DNA of 64,000 nucleotides, from assembly GCA_034408895.1 (NCBI GenBank), contig JAWXCI010000001.1, forward strand, positions 16,638 to 80,637, given 5' to 3'. The notes under the pieces were generated by a model. The model was not told where the DNA came from. It saw nothing but the letters and a program-made list of their open reading frames with translations, and made no database searches. The translations under genes were made by a program, and so were the position numbers. This DNA comes from Flavobacteriales bacterium (lineage in GTDB: Bacteria; Bacteroidota; Bacteroidia; Flavobacteriales_D; Sanyastnellaceae). Every line of letters begins with the position of its first letter. Position 1 is the first letter of the stretch. Positions 1 to 10,527 of the stretch are shown here, in pieces.

Positions 1-2893
1 GCCCCAATGTGCTGTTTAAGGCATCATTGATAATGGCTTTCGGTTCGGCATTTTTTCGGTTGCGCATGTACTCGCGGATTCGGTCGAAGATTACCACAGT
101 GTCATTGATGGAGAAACCGATTACGGTAAGAATAGCACCAACAAATGCCTGGTTTACTTCGAGAGAAAAGGGTACAATTCCGTTGAGCAGGGTGAAGGCT
201 GCGACCACGACCAGTGCATCGTGCGCAAGGGCCGCAATGGCGCCCACCGCATAGTCCCACATGCGGAATCGAATAAATATGTAGATACCTACCAGCAGCA
301 ATCCCACGATGGTTGCCCACAATGCTTCCCTCCGGAAATCATCCGTCATGGTGGGGTCCACTCTATAGGTTTCGTTTATTTTGTAGGGTACGCCTGCTTT
401 GGCAATGGCCTCATTGGCCTTGGCCTGAACCAGTGAGTCAGCATCAGCAACTTCGCTGCTCACCATGTAGTTGGTGATGATTTTATAATCCTTTCCGGTG
501 TTGTCAATGCTCTGAACTGTATTGGACGAAGCCTGGCCGTTTTCCACCAGCACCTCGGCAAATGCACCGCGAAGAACATCAACTTCAACCGGCTGGTCGA
601 ATGCTACCTTGAAAGAAGTTCCACCCACAAAGTCAACACCCCAGTTAAAGGCTGGCTGGCGCACGAACATGGAAATAATTCCGGCACCTACGATGACCAA
701 TGACACCATGTAGAACATTTTTCGCTTGCCTACAAAATCGAAGTTCACATTGGTGAACCAGTTCTTGGTAATCTTACTGGAGAAGGTGATGGGGCGCTTG
801 CTTTCAAGCCTGCGATAAAGAATCAAACGCGCTACCACAATGGCCGTGAAGAGTGTGGTGAAGATACCAATGATGAGTGTGGTGGCGAATCCCTTGATGG
901 GGCCTGTACCCACGATGAACAAGACGATACCAGTGAGGAGTGTGGTTACGTTTCCATCAATGATGGCGGAGATTGCTTTTATGAAACCATCGCGCATGGC
1001 GGCCTGTATGCCTTTGCCCAGGCGCAATTCTTCTTTCACACGCTCATAGATAAGTACGTTAGCATCCACTGCCATACCCATGGTGAGAACGATACCGGCA
1101 ATACCCGGCAGCGTGAGCGAACCGTGCACCGCTATGAGTGCTCCCATCATGAAAAACAAGTTGGTGATGAGCGCCACATTGGCTGCAAGTCCTGCCCATG
1201 CGTAATAGAAAATCATGTATGCAAGAATCACCACAAATGCGATAACAAATGACCATATACCTGCCTTGATGTTGGCTTCGCCAAGAGTTGGTCCAACGGT
1301 TACTTCATCAATAATGGTTATGCGAGCAGGAATGGAACCGGCCTTTAAAAGATTGCTTAGGTCAGTGGCTTCATCCAGCTGTTCCCGAATGGGGCCTTGG
1401 CCGAAGGTGATGCGCGATTCACCGTCAGTAATTGGTTCAGAAACGTTGGGTGCGCTGTACACCAATCCATCCATAACCACGGCAATAGGACGTTTGTTGT
1501 CGGCTGATGCTTTCTCCGTCATACTTCGCCAAATTGGAGTTCCAGTCTCAGAATCCATGGTCATATTTACAACTGCCTGCCCGTCCTGTACATTGCTCTC
1601 AGCGCTTTCAATCGATTTGCCATCCAATGGTGCAATACCTTTCAATGACGGATCTTTGATTGCGTAAAGTGATGCACGTCCGCCTTGTGGTTTTGCTCCC
1701 CACAACAAGCGAAGGTCTTTGGGAAATTTGGCTTTGGCCTGAGGCATGGCTAACATGCGGTTCACATCGGACGTGTCACTCACTTTGGCTGTTGCCACGA
1801 GGCATTGGTCAACTCCTGACATGCGATCCATGTTGAGCATAGGAGACAACTTGTTGATAAGGGGAAGTTTCTTTTTCTCTTCTTCGCTCAGTTCTTCATT
1901 GGGTGCATCCGTTGGGGATGTGGAAGAGGTGTCAACAGCAGATGTAGTATCCACATCGGATTTTGCGAGCTGGGTAGAATCTTTTTTGGCAACACTGGTG
2001 CTGTCGGATAAGAGCGCAGTGGAAGTTGTATCCTTAGAAGTGGTATCAACCACGAACAATTCCGGGTAGAATGTTTTTGCTATTGTGTCGTTCACGCCTT
2101 GCCACAGTTGAACCAGTTCCGAACTCTTGTAGGTTTCCCAGAATTCAAGGTTAGCAGTGCTTTTTAGTTTTCCACGTATGTATTCGCGGTCATCCACGCC
2201 AGGAAGGTCAACAATAATTCTTCCGGTGAGGGTCTGTTTGGCCACGTTGGCTTGGGACACACCCAAATTGTCCACTCTTTTCTTAATAACGTTTTCGGTA
2301 TTGCTTATGGCATTGTCTGCCTCAACCGCGAGAACATCAAACACTTCCTTATCAGTAGCGTTCATTGGGAAAAGCCCACTGCTCTTGCTCAGGCTGAATA
2401 TCCGCCAAAGCGGGAAACCTGCATTCTGATTTTTCCAGGCCTGTTCGAACAGATTCACGTAACTGCCGCTCGACCTCTTCTGCATTTCCCGAGCTTCCTT
2501 GATGGCATTTGTAAAATTCTTGTCGTCAGTATAATCACTCATACCCATGAACAGGTCTGCAATAGATACTTCGAGGGTAACACTCATCCCGCCTTTAAGA
2601 TCAAGACCCAGGTTGAGTTGATCTTTTTTTACAGACTTGTAAGTGTTGCCAAGGATGGGGTAAACCTTTGCATCTGCACTGTCGCGCAGAATACGTTTTG
2701 TCAGCACGTCTTTGGCTGAATCCTGCTGAGCTGGGTTCCATCCGTAAATGGTCGCCAATGAATCCACTTGTAGCTGAGCTGTTGCTCCTGCACTTTTTTC
2801 GAAACGGTTCGCTACCAGCCCTAATGAAAAACAATAGAGCGTTGTGATGGCAAGTAGAACCACGAAAAACCACAGTATTCCTTTATTCCGCAT
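1..2893 (-). CDS. secDF: Protein translocase subunit SecDF (fused SecD-SecF); the 3' end runs off the window
   Basis: Not in the ORF track because there is no stop inside the window. My reverse-strand translation from ATG 2893-2891 stays open to position 1 (about 964 codons). It reads MRNKGILWFFVVLLAITTLYCF..., LGLDLKGGMSVTLEV, RVDNLGVSQANV and GIAGIVLTMGMAVDANVLIYERVKEE. The SecF part follows with WGVDFVGGTSF and GFSINDTVVIFDRIRE. The short ORFs listed between 9 and 2873 are antisense or off-frame noise. Confidence 0.9.
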   Translation of the reverse strand, partial: MRNKGILWFFVVLLAITTLYCFSLGLVANRFEKSAGATAQLQVDSLATIYGWNPAQQDSAKDVLTKRILRDSADAKVYPILGNTYKSVKKDQLNLGLDLKGGMSVTLEVSIADLFMGMSDYTDDKNFTNAIKEAREMQKRSSGSYVNLFEQAWKNQNAGFPLWRIFSLSKSSGLFPMNATDKEVFDVLAVEADNAISNTENVIKKRVDNLGVSQANVAKQTLTGRIIVDLPGVDDREYIRGKLKSTANLEFWETYKSSELVQLWQGVNDTIAKTFYPELFVVDTTSKDTTSTALLSDSTSVAKKDSTQLAKSDVDTTSAVDTSSTSPTDAPNEELSEEEKKKLPLINKLSPMLNMDRMSGVDQCLVATAKVSDTSDVNRMLAMPQAKAKFPKDLRLLWGAKPQGGRASLYAIKDPSLKGIAPLDGKSIESAESNVQDGQAVVNMTMDSETGTPIWRSMTEKASADNKRPIAVVMDGLVYSAPNVSEPITDGESRITFGQGPIREQLDEATDLSNLLKAGSIPARITIIDEVTVGPTLGEANIKAGIWSFVIAFVVILAYMIFYYAWAGLAANVALITNLFFMMGALIAVHGSLTLPGIAGIVLTMGMAVDANVLIYERVKEELRLGKGIQAAMRDGFIKAISAIIDGNVTTLLTGIVLFIVGTGPIKGFATTLIIGIFTTLFTAIVVARLILYRRLESKRPITFSSKITKNWFTNVNFDFVGKRKMFYMVSLVIVGAGIISMFVRQPAFNWGVDFVGGTSFKVAFDQPVEVDVLRGAFAEVLVENGQASSNTVQSIDNTGKDYKIITNYMVSSEVADADSLVQAKANEAIAKAGVPYKINETYRVDPTMTDDFRREALWATIVGLLLVGIYIFIRFRMWDYAVGAIAALAHDALVVVAAFTLLNGIVPFSLEVNQAFVGAILTVIGFSINDTVVIFDRIREYMRNRKNAEPKAIINDALNSTLG

Positions 2894-3267
2894 GAATCAA
2901 ATAATTTGGTTGAGACTGAATTTTTTTTCAGGGCGGCAAATATAGAAAGACGTAACCATCGTGAAAGTGCGCGATTTCATCATTCCAAAGTAAAGCCGAA
3001 TATCATAATGTTTTTCATTAGACCATTACATGCTGCACTTTACAGCATGCAAAGAGGGGTCACTGTTTGTTGCATGTTTTTTCACCCCATGTCGCTGGAG
3101 TAAGGCAGAATGAAAATTTCATTGAAATTTTTTCGGCAGGGACCACTCTTAGAAATTCAGAAGGCTAAGAGCAATCGGACATTAGGAAACCAACAGGAAA
3201 GTTGAAAAAATATGAATAATTGAAGTCAATAGACAGAAGTCTCGTATATTTGGACAAAATTCCACCG

Positions 3268-3774
3268 ATGAAGAAAGCGTCAGGCATCAAAAACAAAACC
3301 CGAAGAACACCATATACACAAGTACAACAAGTTACAGGGAAAGTGGAAGATCCGGTTACACCCTATCAAACCAATCCAATAAATAACATAGATACGATGA
3401 ATAAATGGGAGAATTTTTTTTCGCAAACCAATAAAGGAGTTGGCATATCAGAAGTAGAGAAACTGGTGGAGGCTGGCCCCTTTCGTTCAGAGTTTTTTGC
3501 CACCGCTCTTGATTTTTCAACGAAAACACTGGAGCGTTATAAGCAAGACCACAAACGCCTCAACCCAAATGACAGTGAACTAGTTCTGAAATGGAAAAAA
3601 CTCTACGAGAAAGGATTTGAATCTTTCGGTAGTTACGAGTCTTTTGGCCGATGGCTTCAAAAACCAGCTTATGGTTTCAATGGAATTGCACCTATGGAAA
3701 TAATGAAAACAAGCAGTGGTGTGGATTTACTTATTGAAGAACTTGTGCGCATTGATTGGGGTCAATTGTCTTAA
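3268..3774 (+). CDS. Xre/MbcA/ParS-type antitoxin (DUF2384 toxin-binding domain)
   Basis: The C-terminus RWLQKPAYGFNGIAPMEIMKTSSGVDLLIEELVRIDWGQ matches the DUF2384 pattern. Its stop lies 5 nt before the RES toxin start. The start is uncertain: the track uses TTG 3220, and ATGs occur at 3268 and 3397. Confidence 0.7.
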   Translation: MKKASGIKNKTRRTPYTQVQQVTGKVEDPVTPYQTNPINNIDTMNKWENFFSQTNKGVGISEVEKLVEAGPFRSEFFATALDFSTKTLERYKQDHKRLNPNDSELVLKWKKLYEKGFESFGSYESFGRWLQKPAYGFNGIAPMEIMKTSSGVDLLIEELVRIDWGQLS

Positions 3775-3779
3775 GCCAC

Positions 3780-4232
3780 ATGGTCGTTTACCACATAGTA
3801 AGAGAACAATATCGCAATAGGTTGATTCCTCCTTTGATGAACAACCGTTGGAATTCTGACAAACACAGTGTTCTTTACACTTCGTGGTGCAGGTCGCTGG
3901 CTTGCCTGGAGATTCTTGTTCACAAATCGGGAGAGGCTTTGCTTCAGAATTATTGTACCGTTCTTCTTTCCTTACCAGCAAATGTGAGTTTGGAAGAAGT
4001 GAAAATGAGTGACCTGGCCAAAGCATGGTACAGAGTGGGCGATGAATCTTGCCGTAGATTTGGGGAAGAATGGGCGCATCAACAAAGATCCTGTGTGTTG
4101 AAAGTTCCCAGCAGTGTCGTGCATGGGGAATTCAATTTTCTCATTAATACCAATCACCCGGAGTTTCAAAAAATAAAATTGCTCGGTCCGGAGTCCTTTC
4201 TGTTTGATAAGAGGTTGATGCGGTTCAACTAA
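3780..4232 (+). CDS. RES-domain toxin (MbcT/ParT-like NAD-targeting family)
   Basis: MVVYHIVREQY..NNRWNS..VLYTS..SLACLEILVH..LKVPSSVVHGEFNFLINTNHPEF shows the R, E and S signature positions. It sits directly downstream of the DUF2384 antitoxin. I prefer ATG 3780 to the TTG at 3756. Confidence 0.75.
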   Translation: MVVYHIVREQYRNRLIPPLMNNRWNSDKHSVLYTSWCRSLACLEILVHKSGEALLQNYCTVLLSLPANVSLEEVKMSDLAKAWYRVGDESCRRFGEEWAHQQRSCVLKVPSSVVHGEFNFLINTNHPEFQKIKLLGPESFLFDKRLMRFN

Positions 4233-4305
4233 ACTGATGCAATTTAGAATCTATTCTGTCGTGGATACAATGAATTCAAAGGAAAAGAGGCTCCGGAGGT
4301 TGGAG

Positions 4306-5535
4306 TCAGATACTCATCCGAAACTTCAACTCATCATCAATAGCATCTAGAAAATCCTCGGTGGTGAGGTAATGCGATTCATTGGTGTTGTCTCCGTGAA
4401 TGCACACCGCGAGGTCTTTGGTCATCTTGCCGCTTTCCACCAATTCAACACAAGTAGATTCCAGTGTTTTTGCAAAACGAATCAGTTCATCATTGCCATC
4501 CAGTTTTCCTCGAAAGGCAAGACCTTGTGTCCAAGCATAAATGGAAGCAATAGGATTGGTAGACGTTTTCTTTCCTTGCTGATGTTGACGGTAGTGTCGT
4601 GTCACTGTTCCGTGTGCAGCTTCAGCTTCCATGGTTTTTCCATCTGGTGTAACCAATGCGGATGTCATAAGACCGAGCGAACCGAACCCTTGAGCAACGA
4701 TATCGCTCTGTACATCGCCATCGTAATTCTTGCAGGCCCACACAAACCCTCCTTCGCTCTTAAGGGAAAATGCAACCATGTCATCAATCAAACGATGTTC
4801 GTAGCTGATGCCCGCAGTTTCAAATTTTTCCTTGTATTCCTTCTCGTGCACTTCTTCAAAAATGTCTTTGAATCTTCCATCATAAGCTTTCAGGATTGTG
4901 TTCTTCGATGAGAAGTAGAGGTTCCAGTTGCGCATCAATGCCTGGTTGAAACATGAACGAGCAAAACCGTAGATGCTTTCATCGGTGTTGTACATGCTCA
5001 AGGCCACGCCATCACCTTCGAAGTTGTACACTTCCCATGTTTTGGTTTCACCGTCACCACTTGGAGTGAAAGTCATGGTGAGTTTTCCTTTTCCTTTTAT
5101 AGTTGTGTCCGTTGCACGGTATTGGTCACCAAACGCATGACGACCTATGTTGATTGGTTTTGTCCAACCGGGTACAAGGCGAGGAATGTTTTTACAAACG
5201 ATGGGTTCACGAAAAACAGTTCCACCGATAATGTTGCGGATAGTTCCATTGGGACTCTTCCACATTTTCTTCAGCCCAAATTCTTTCACGCGGTCTTCAT
5301 CGGGAGTAATGGTTGCGCACTTCACAGCAACGTTGTATTTGAGTGTTGCCTCGGCTGCTTCTACGGTTACTTTATCGTCAGTCTTGTCGCGATTTTCCAT
5401 TCCTAAATCGAAATACTTTATATCAAGTTCGAGATAAGGATGTATGAGTTTGTCCTTAATAAAGGCCCAAATGATGCGGGTCATTTCGTCCCCGTCCATT
5501 TCTACTATTGGGTTGGCTACTTTGATTTTAGACAT
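4306..5535 (-). CDS. icd: NADP-dependent isocitrate dehydrogenase (about 410-aa eukaryote-like type)
   Basis: 409 aa. Contains [55 protein letters not shown] and NYDGDVQSD. Confidence 0.95.
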   Translation of the reverse strand: MSKIKVANPIVEMDGDEMTRIIWAFIKDKLIHPYLELDIKYFDLGMENRDKTDDKVTVEAAEATLKYNVAVKCATITPDEDRVKEFGLKKMWKSPNGTIRNIIGGTVFREPIVCKNIPRLVPGWTKPINIGRHAFGDQYRATDTTIKGKGKLTMTFTPSGDGETKTWEVYNFEGDGVALSMYNTDESIYGFARSCFNQALMRNWNLYFSSKNTILKAYDGRFKDIFEEVHEKEYKEKFETAGISYEHRLIDDMVAFSLKSEGGFVWACKNYDGDVQSDIVAQGFGSLGLMTSALVTPDGKTMEAEAAHGTVTRHYRQHQQGKKTSTNPIASIYAWTQGLAFRGKLDGNDELIRFAKTLESTCVELVESGKMTKDLAVCIHGDNTNESHYLTTEDFLDAIDDELKFRMSI

Positions 5536-5568
5536 GAGTAAACAATTGAAGATTGAGAGTTTCAGATT

Positions 5569-5599
5569 GAAAATTGAATACTGGAATTATTCAATTTTC
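5569..5599 (-). terminator. Perfect 12-bp AT-rich hairpin between ndk and icd; a possible terminator or attenuator
   Basis: The sequence is gaaaattgaata-ctggaat-tattcaattttc, 21 nt downstream of the ndk stop. There is no clear U-tract, so a terminator function is not shown. Confidence 0.35.
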
Positions 5600-5619
5600 A
5601 ACTTCAATAAAAAATTTGA

Positions 5620-6042
5620 TTATTGCGCATGTTCTCTTGTTGAGAAAAAGAATGCTCCTTCAATTACTGCGTTGTCGTCACTATCGCTTCCATGAACTGC
5701 ATTGGCTGCAATGCTTGTTGCAAACATCCTGCGTATGGTTCCTTCCGCAGCTTTCTGCGGGTCGGTAGCACCAATCAGGTTGCGGAAGGATTCCACTGCA
5801 TTTTCTTTTTTAAGAATTGCTGCCACGATGGGGCCACTTGTCATGTAGTCCACGAGCTCACCAAAGAAGGAACGTTCTTTATGAATTGCATAAAACTGTT
5901 CAGCCTCCGCTCTCGTCAGCCGGGTCCATTTCAATGCACGAATTGCGAATCCGTCCTGGATGATTTTGTCAAGAATTTTTCCGGTATGCCCCGAGCCTGT
6001 GGCATCGGGTTTAATCATGGTGAATGTTCTGTTGGTTGCCAT
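5620..6042 (-). CDS. ndk: Nucleoside diphosphate kinase
   Basis: 140 aa. Contains RTFTMIKPD and the active-site motif NAVHGSDS. Confidence 0.95.
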   Translation of the reverse strand: MATNRTFTMIKPDATGSGHTGKILDKIIQDGFAIRALKWTRLTRAEAEQFYAIHKERSFFGELVDYMTSGPIVAAILKKENAVESFRNLIGATDPQKAAEGTIRRMFATSIAANAVHGSDSDDNAVIEGAFFFSTREHAQ

Positions 6043-6143
6043 ATTTCTGTTGATCTATTTTTTTTTGTGGCGGCAAAACTAAACTGTTCCCATGGCAGGT
6101 AAAGCGACACGTTTGTTTCATTTGCACTTCAGTCATCACCAAA

Positions 6144-6674
6144 ATGATAAAAATTGAAACTGACCGATTGGTTCTTCGCGAATGGAACACCAATGATGCT
6201 AAGTTTCTGTTCCAGCTAAACATCGATCCGGGAAGTGACACGCTTCACCGGAGATGCTGCTTTTGATTCCGTTCAATCTGCTCAACGTTTCATCCAAGAG
6301 TATGACCATTTCACCCGATTCGGTTATGGCCGTTGGCTTATGGAGCTTAAATCATCAGGCGAGCCTGTAGGTCGGTGAGGCCTGAAAATCAATTTGAAGA
6401 ACTTGGAATCATTGACCTCGGCTTTCGTGTTCTGAAACCGCAACGTGGAAAGCGATATGCTAAAGAAGCGGCAGCGTGAACTCTTCAATTTGGTTTTGAA
6501 TAATTGAAACTGGAAAAAATTCATGCTCGGGTTGCCATTGGTAATTCAGCATTGGAACGGCTGATTCAAAAGCTGGGAAAGCACTTTGAAAAGGTGGAAC
6601 GATGCGATCATAATCCTGCCGTTGGTGTGTACTCATTCGACTCAATGGCTTGCTGTAAAGGCTTGATTGTCTAG
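6144..6674 (+). pseudogene. Decayed GNAT (RimJ/RimL-like) N-acetyltransferase
   Basis: Hand translation gives MIKIETDRLVLREWNTNDAKFLFQLNIDP, then a frameshift. It continues EVTRFTGDAAFDSVQSAQRFIQEYDHFTRFGYGRWLMELKSSGEPVGR*GLK, then a second frameshift. It ends ..DLGFRVLKPQRGKRYAKEAAA*TLQFGFE*LKLEKIHARVAIGNSALERLIQKLGKHFEKVE. That is at least 2 frameshifts and 3 in-frame stops. Confidence 0.75.
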
Positions 6675-6706
6675 CTTTGCAGCTCTAACAAAAAATTCAT
6701 TTTTCC

Positions 6707-7954
6707 ATGACCGCTACAATGCCACAGTTTTTCACCTCAGCCGATGCCATGAAGCTCGAAGATCGCTTCGGTGCACATAATTACCATCCTATTCCGGTTG
6801 TGTTGGATAGGGGAGAGGGCGTGTTCGTTTGGGACATTGAGGGCAAACGTTATTATGATTTTCTTTCTTCTTATTCGGCAGTGAACCAAGGTCATTGTCA
6901 TCCAAAAATTGTGAAGGCGCTCATGAAACAGGCCCAAAAACTCACGCTCACATCACGCGCTTTTTACAACAGTGCTTTGGGTGAATATGAAAGATTCATT
7001 ACACGATTATTCGGTTACGATAAGGTGCTGCCGATGAACAGCGGTGCTGAAGGCGTAGAGACGGCCATCAAACTTTGTCGCAAATGGGCGTACGAGAAAA
7101 AGAAAATTGCAGATGGCAATGCGAAAATCATTGTATGCGAACAAAACTTCCACGGTCGCACCACTACCATCATTTCGTTTTCTACCGATCCCGATTCTGT
7201 TGGACATTATGGTCCTTATACTCCAGGCTTTGTGAAAATTCCTTTCAATAATCTGAATTCGCTTCGACTTGCACTGGAAGATGCAGATGTTGCTGGATTT
7301 CTTGTTGAACCAATACAAGGCGAGGCTGGTGTGATTGTTCCATCCGATGGTTATCTCAGCGGAGCATTTGAATTGTGCAAGTCAAAAAACGTTCTTTTCA
7401 TAGCTGATGAAATCCAAACCGGAATTGCACGCACCGGAAAAATGCTCGCGTGTGATCATGAAAATGTACATCCTGATATTTTGATTTTAGGCAAAGCTCT
7501 GAGCGGTGGTGTTTATCCGGTTTCGGCCGTGTTATGCAGCGATGAAATCATGATGTGCATAAAGCCGGGCGAACACGGAAGTACGTTCGGTGGAAATCCA
7601 TTGGCAGCTAAAGTGGCCATCGCATCACTTGAAGTTGTTCAGGAAGAAGCTCTTGCGGAGAATGCAGAGCGACTTGGAATAATCTTTCGCAAAGCGATGA
7701 ATGAATTGATTTCGAAAACCAAACTCATCACTCTCGTTCGCGGAAAAGGATTGCTCAATGCCATCGTAATCAACGATACTCCGGAAAGTAAAACTGCATG
7801 GAACCTTTGTCTTAAACTTGCAGAAAACGGATTGCTTGCAAAGCCCACTCATGGCAACATCATTCGTTTTGCACCACCGCTGGTGATGACGGAAGAACAG
7901 TTGATGGAATGCACTTCCATTATCGAAAAGACAGTGTTGGAATTCGGTCAATAG
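6707..7954 (+). CDS. rocD: Ornithine--oxo-acid aminotransferase
   Basis: 415 aa. Contains [59 protein letters not shown] and KALSGGVYP. Confidence 0.9.
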   Translation: MTATMPQFFTSADAMKLEDRFGAHNYHPIPVVLDRGEGVFVWDIEGKRYYDFLSSYSAVNQGHCHPKIVKALMKQAQKLTLTSRAFYNSALGEYERFITRLFGYDKVLPMNSGAEGVETAIKLCRKWAYEKKKIADGNAKIIVCEQNFHGRTTTIISFSTDPDSVGHYGPYTPGFVKIPFNNLNSLRLALEDADVAGFLVEPIQGEAGVIVPSDGYLSGAFELCKSKNVLFIADEIQTGIARTGKMLACDHENVHPDILILGKALSGGVYPVSAVLCSDEIMMCIKPGEHGSTFGGNPLAAKVAIASLEVVQEEALAENAERLGIIFRKAMNELISKTKLITLVRGKGLLNAIVINDTPESKTAWNLCLKLAENGLLAKPTHGNIIRFAPPLVMTEEQLMECTSIIEKTVLEFGQ

Positions 7955-8020
7955 TTGCTGAAAAATCCTTCAGAAGAACCAAAAAGGGTCGTTGCACAAC
8001 AAGTGGCGGCCTTTTTCATT

Positions 8021-8977
8021 TCATGACTTGAACAACGAAGTCACAAACTCGAAACGATTGAACACCTGCAAGTCTCCAATCTTTTCACCAACACCAATGT
8101 ACTTAACCGGAATCTGGAACTGGTCGCTGATACCGATAACTACTCCGCCTTTTGCTGTGCCGTCTATTTTAGTGATGGCAAGCGCGCTCACTTCCGTTGC
8201 TGCGGTAAATTGCTTGGCCTGTTCAAATGCGTTTTGCCCGGTGGAACCATCCAGCACAAGGAGAACTTCGTGTGGTGCACCGGGAATCACTTTTTCCATC
8301 ACACGTTTGATTTTTGTGAGTTCATTCATCAACCCGATTTTGTTGTGAAGCCTCCCTGCCGTGTCAATCAAAACCACATCTGTGTTCTGGGCCACTGCAC
8401 TTTGTAGTGTATCGAAAGCTACGGATGCCGGGTCGGCACCCATGCCCTGCGACACTATGGAAGCCCCTGCTCGTTTACTCCAAATGGTCAACTGTTCAAC
8501 AGCAGCAGCGCGAAAAGTATCAGCTGCTCCGAGCATCACATTCTTTCCTTCCGATTTCAATTGATGTGCAAGTTTTCCGATGGTAGTGGTCTTGCCAACA
8601 CCATTCACACCAACGACCATTATAACGTAAGGTGTTGAAATTTTTGGAATGAAAACCTCTTCACCCTCTTCTCCTTCATGGGCCTTTAAAAGCGTACTGA
8701 TTTCTTCTTTCAATATTGCATTGAGTTCATCAGTACCCATGAATTTATCACGCGCTACGCGCTCTTCAATCTTGCGGATAATTTTCAATGTGGTCTCTAC
8801 ACCCACATCACTTGATATGAGGACTTCTTCAAGATTGTCCAGCACTTCTTCGTCCACCTTGCTCTTGCCCGCAATGGCTTTGGTGAGGCGTGCGAAAAAA
8901 CCGGAACGTGTTTTTTCCAATCCCGCATCGAGGGATTCTTTCTTCGCAGGACTAAATAATTTTTTAAGGAAGCTCAC
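8021..8977 (-). CDS. ftsY: Signal recognition particle receptor FtsY
   Basis: 318 aa. Contains GVNGVGKTTTIGKLA, DTAGRLH and TKIDGTAKGG. Confidence 0.95.
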   Translation of the reverse strand: MSFLKKLFSPAKKESLDAGLEKTRSGFFARLTKAIAGKSKVDEEVLDNLEEVLISSDVGVETTLKIIRKIEERVARDKFMGTDELNAILKEEISTLLKAHEGEEGEEVFIPKISTPYVIMVVGVNGVGKTTTIGKLAHQLKSEGKNVMLGAADTFRAAAVEQLTIWSKRAGASIVSQGMGADPASVAFDTLQSAVAQNTDVVLIDTAGRLHNKIGLMNELTKIKRVMEKVIPGAPHEVLLVLDGSTGQNAFEQAKQFTAATEVSALAITKIDGTAKGGVVIGISDQFQIPVKYIGVGEKIGDLQVFNRFEFVTSLFKS

Positions 8978-9056
8978 GAAATGAACAGGTAGATTTATTT
9001 CGATCGCTGCACATCAGCGAATCGGGGCGGTGAAAATACCCGCATGAGAAAATTTG

Positions 9057-9914
9057 CTATTGGCAGTTGAGGAATGTGTAATTCCAGCTTGGAGGAATTG
9101 CGGGGTAATTGAAACCCGGTCGATAAATACGATAGACCACTCGATCAATGTATTCGCCTTCGGGAATGAGGCCTTCGAAAAAATCATCGGGAACAATGGT
9201 GAGGCGGAAGAAGCCCGGCATGCCTGGCACTTCTTTCATATTAAGTTCCGGTGTAATGGTGACAAGGTCTGATGAAACATACGCATGTGGTTGGTTTGTG
9301 TTGGTCACGGCACTCAGGTAGATGTAGCAATCCTCCGGCCCCATGTTCTGGAGCCCTGTAATGGTTTCCTGGTTGTTGTCGTAAGTGAAAGAAATGAAGT
9401 CATCACTTTTTGCCAGCGCAGGGAAAATGCAGAATATATCGTCACACAACTTAGGAATGATGTCAACGTGGAAGTCTTCGGACTTGGCTTCTCCAACCGC
9501 ATCATCAGCAAATGCATTTCCGTCTTTCAGTTTTGCGAGACATGAAATGCCTTCCGCAAAAAATTCAGGGCCATCGGCAGCATAAAATTCTGTTGGTATG
9601 AAAGTGATGGAGTAGAGCAGGTCGCCTTCATGAGTCAACAACAACGCTTCGTTACTTCCACTCCAGTTTCCATTGCCGACCACCGGTTCAGTGGGCATCC
9701 AAGACCATAAGTAAACACTGTCTTGTTCTTCGGGGTGCGCTGTGAGGATGGCTTTGAGGCCGTTGTTCTGCAAACCATCCGTACTTTGTGACATGTCAAT
9801 GTAGAGTGTCAATTCCTCGCTGGCATCAGTTGGGGAGGGCTGCACGTAAATGGTTTGTGTGTTCAACACTGCATAAGCTGAAGTGAGGAATAAAAGCGAA
9901 AGAAGTTTTTTCAT
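9057..9914 (-). CDS. Secreted hypothetical protein; last gene of the SusC/SusD cluster and a possible SusE/F-like surface binding protein
   Basis: Signal peptide MKKLLSLLFLTSAYAVLNTQ at ATG 9914 (the track start at 9935 is TTG). It shows two beta-rich modules. Only its position argues for a binding role. Confidence 0.55.
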   Translation of the reverse strand: MKKLLSLLFLTSAYAVLNTQTIYVQPSPTDASEELTLYIDMSQSTDGLQNNGLKAILTAHPEEQDSVYLWSWMPTEPVVGNGNWSGSNEALLLTHEGDLLYSITFIPTEFYAADGPEFFAEGISCLAKLKDGNAFADDAVGEAKSEDFHVDIIPKLCDDIFCIFPALAKSDDFISFTYDNNQETITGLQNMGPEDCYIYLSAVTNTNQPHAYVSSDLVTITPELNMKEVPGMPGFFRLTIVPDDFFEGLIPEGEYIDRVVYRIYRPGFNYPAIPPSWNYTFLNCQ

Positions 9915-9976
9915 TTTGTGAGTCTTGATTAGCAATTACCAATCTTCAATTTGCAATTTTCATTAATCAAAGCATG

Positions 9977-10468
9977 TCAGTTCGCTCGTGTGAATTGGAA
10001 TTTGTAAATGACTGTTTCGGTAATGTTGCCTGCACCGTCATCGCAATCGCGCGAAAGTTCCAGCTTCATTTGTGTATCAAACTCACGCACCGTGCTGCCA
10101 AGGTCGAACTGTAATGTATCGGTTGCTGAGTAGAGCATGAGGTAGGAAGGATATTCCACATTATCAAGTCCCCATGTTCCTGCATCACCGAAGTAGTTTT
10201 TGCCGGGGCCATCAATAGCGGTGTAAGTCATTCCTGCAAGATTGAATTCGATGGTTAGAGGTTCTACACCGTCCACCACGTAGAACTCACTGAGGTCGCG
10301 TTCCTCTTTCACCGGGTTGTTGACATCGAGTTGCGAGAACTGCGAAATTTTCCATGTGCCTGCGATGCCTTTCAGCTTATCGAAAGGCTCTCCAAGTTCA
10401 CCTTCGATTTCAGGTTTGCATCCTGCGTAAAGAATGGCGAGCGCGAGAAGTGTTAGTGTGTATTTCAT
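9977..10468 (-). CDS. Small lipoprotein; cluster-associated and possibly lipocalin-like
   Basis: 163 aa with the lipobox MKYTLTLLALAILYAGC. It lies between susD and the 285-aa secreted protein on the same strand. Confidence 0.6.
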   Translation of the reverse strand: MKYTLTLLALAILYAGCKPEIEGELGEPFDKLKGIAGTWKISQFSQLDVNNPVKEERDLSEFYVVDGVEPLTIEFNLAGMTYTAIDGPGKNYFGDAGTWGLDNVEYPSYLMLYSATDTLQFDLGSTVREFDTQMKLELSRDCDDGAGNITETVIYKFQFTRAN

Positions 10469-10527
10469 TTTTTAAAATTCATGTCTTTACAGTTGTAAAT
10501 TCTAAACTACCAATCATCAATCTACAA

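Noticed and set aside
9-2873. About a dozen short ORFs on both strands listed by the track at the left end of the window
   Set aside because: All lie inside or antisense to one continuous 964-codon minus-strand frame with clear SecD and SecF motifs. The real ORF is missing from the track only because it has no stop within the window.
6144-6674. In-frame TGA/TAA codons in the GNAT gene as possible stop-codon recoding
   Set aside because: The same gene also needs two frameshifts. TGA and TAA clearly terminate many neighbouring intact genes. A pseudogene is the simpler explanation.
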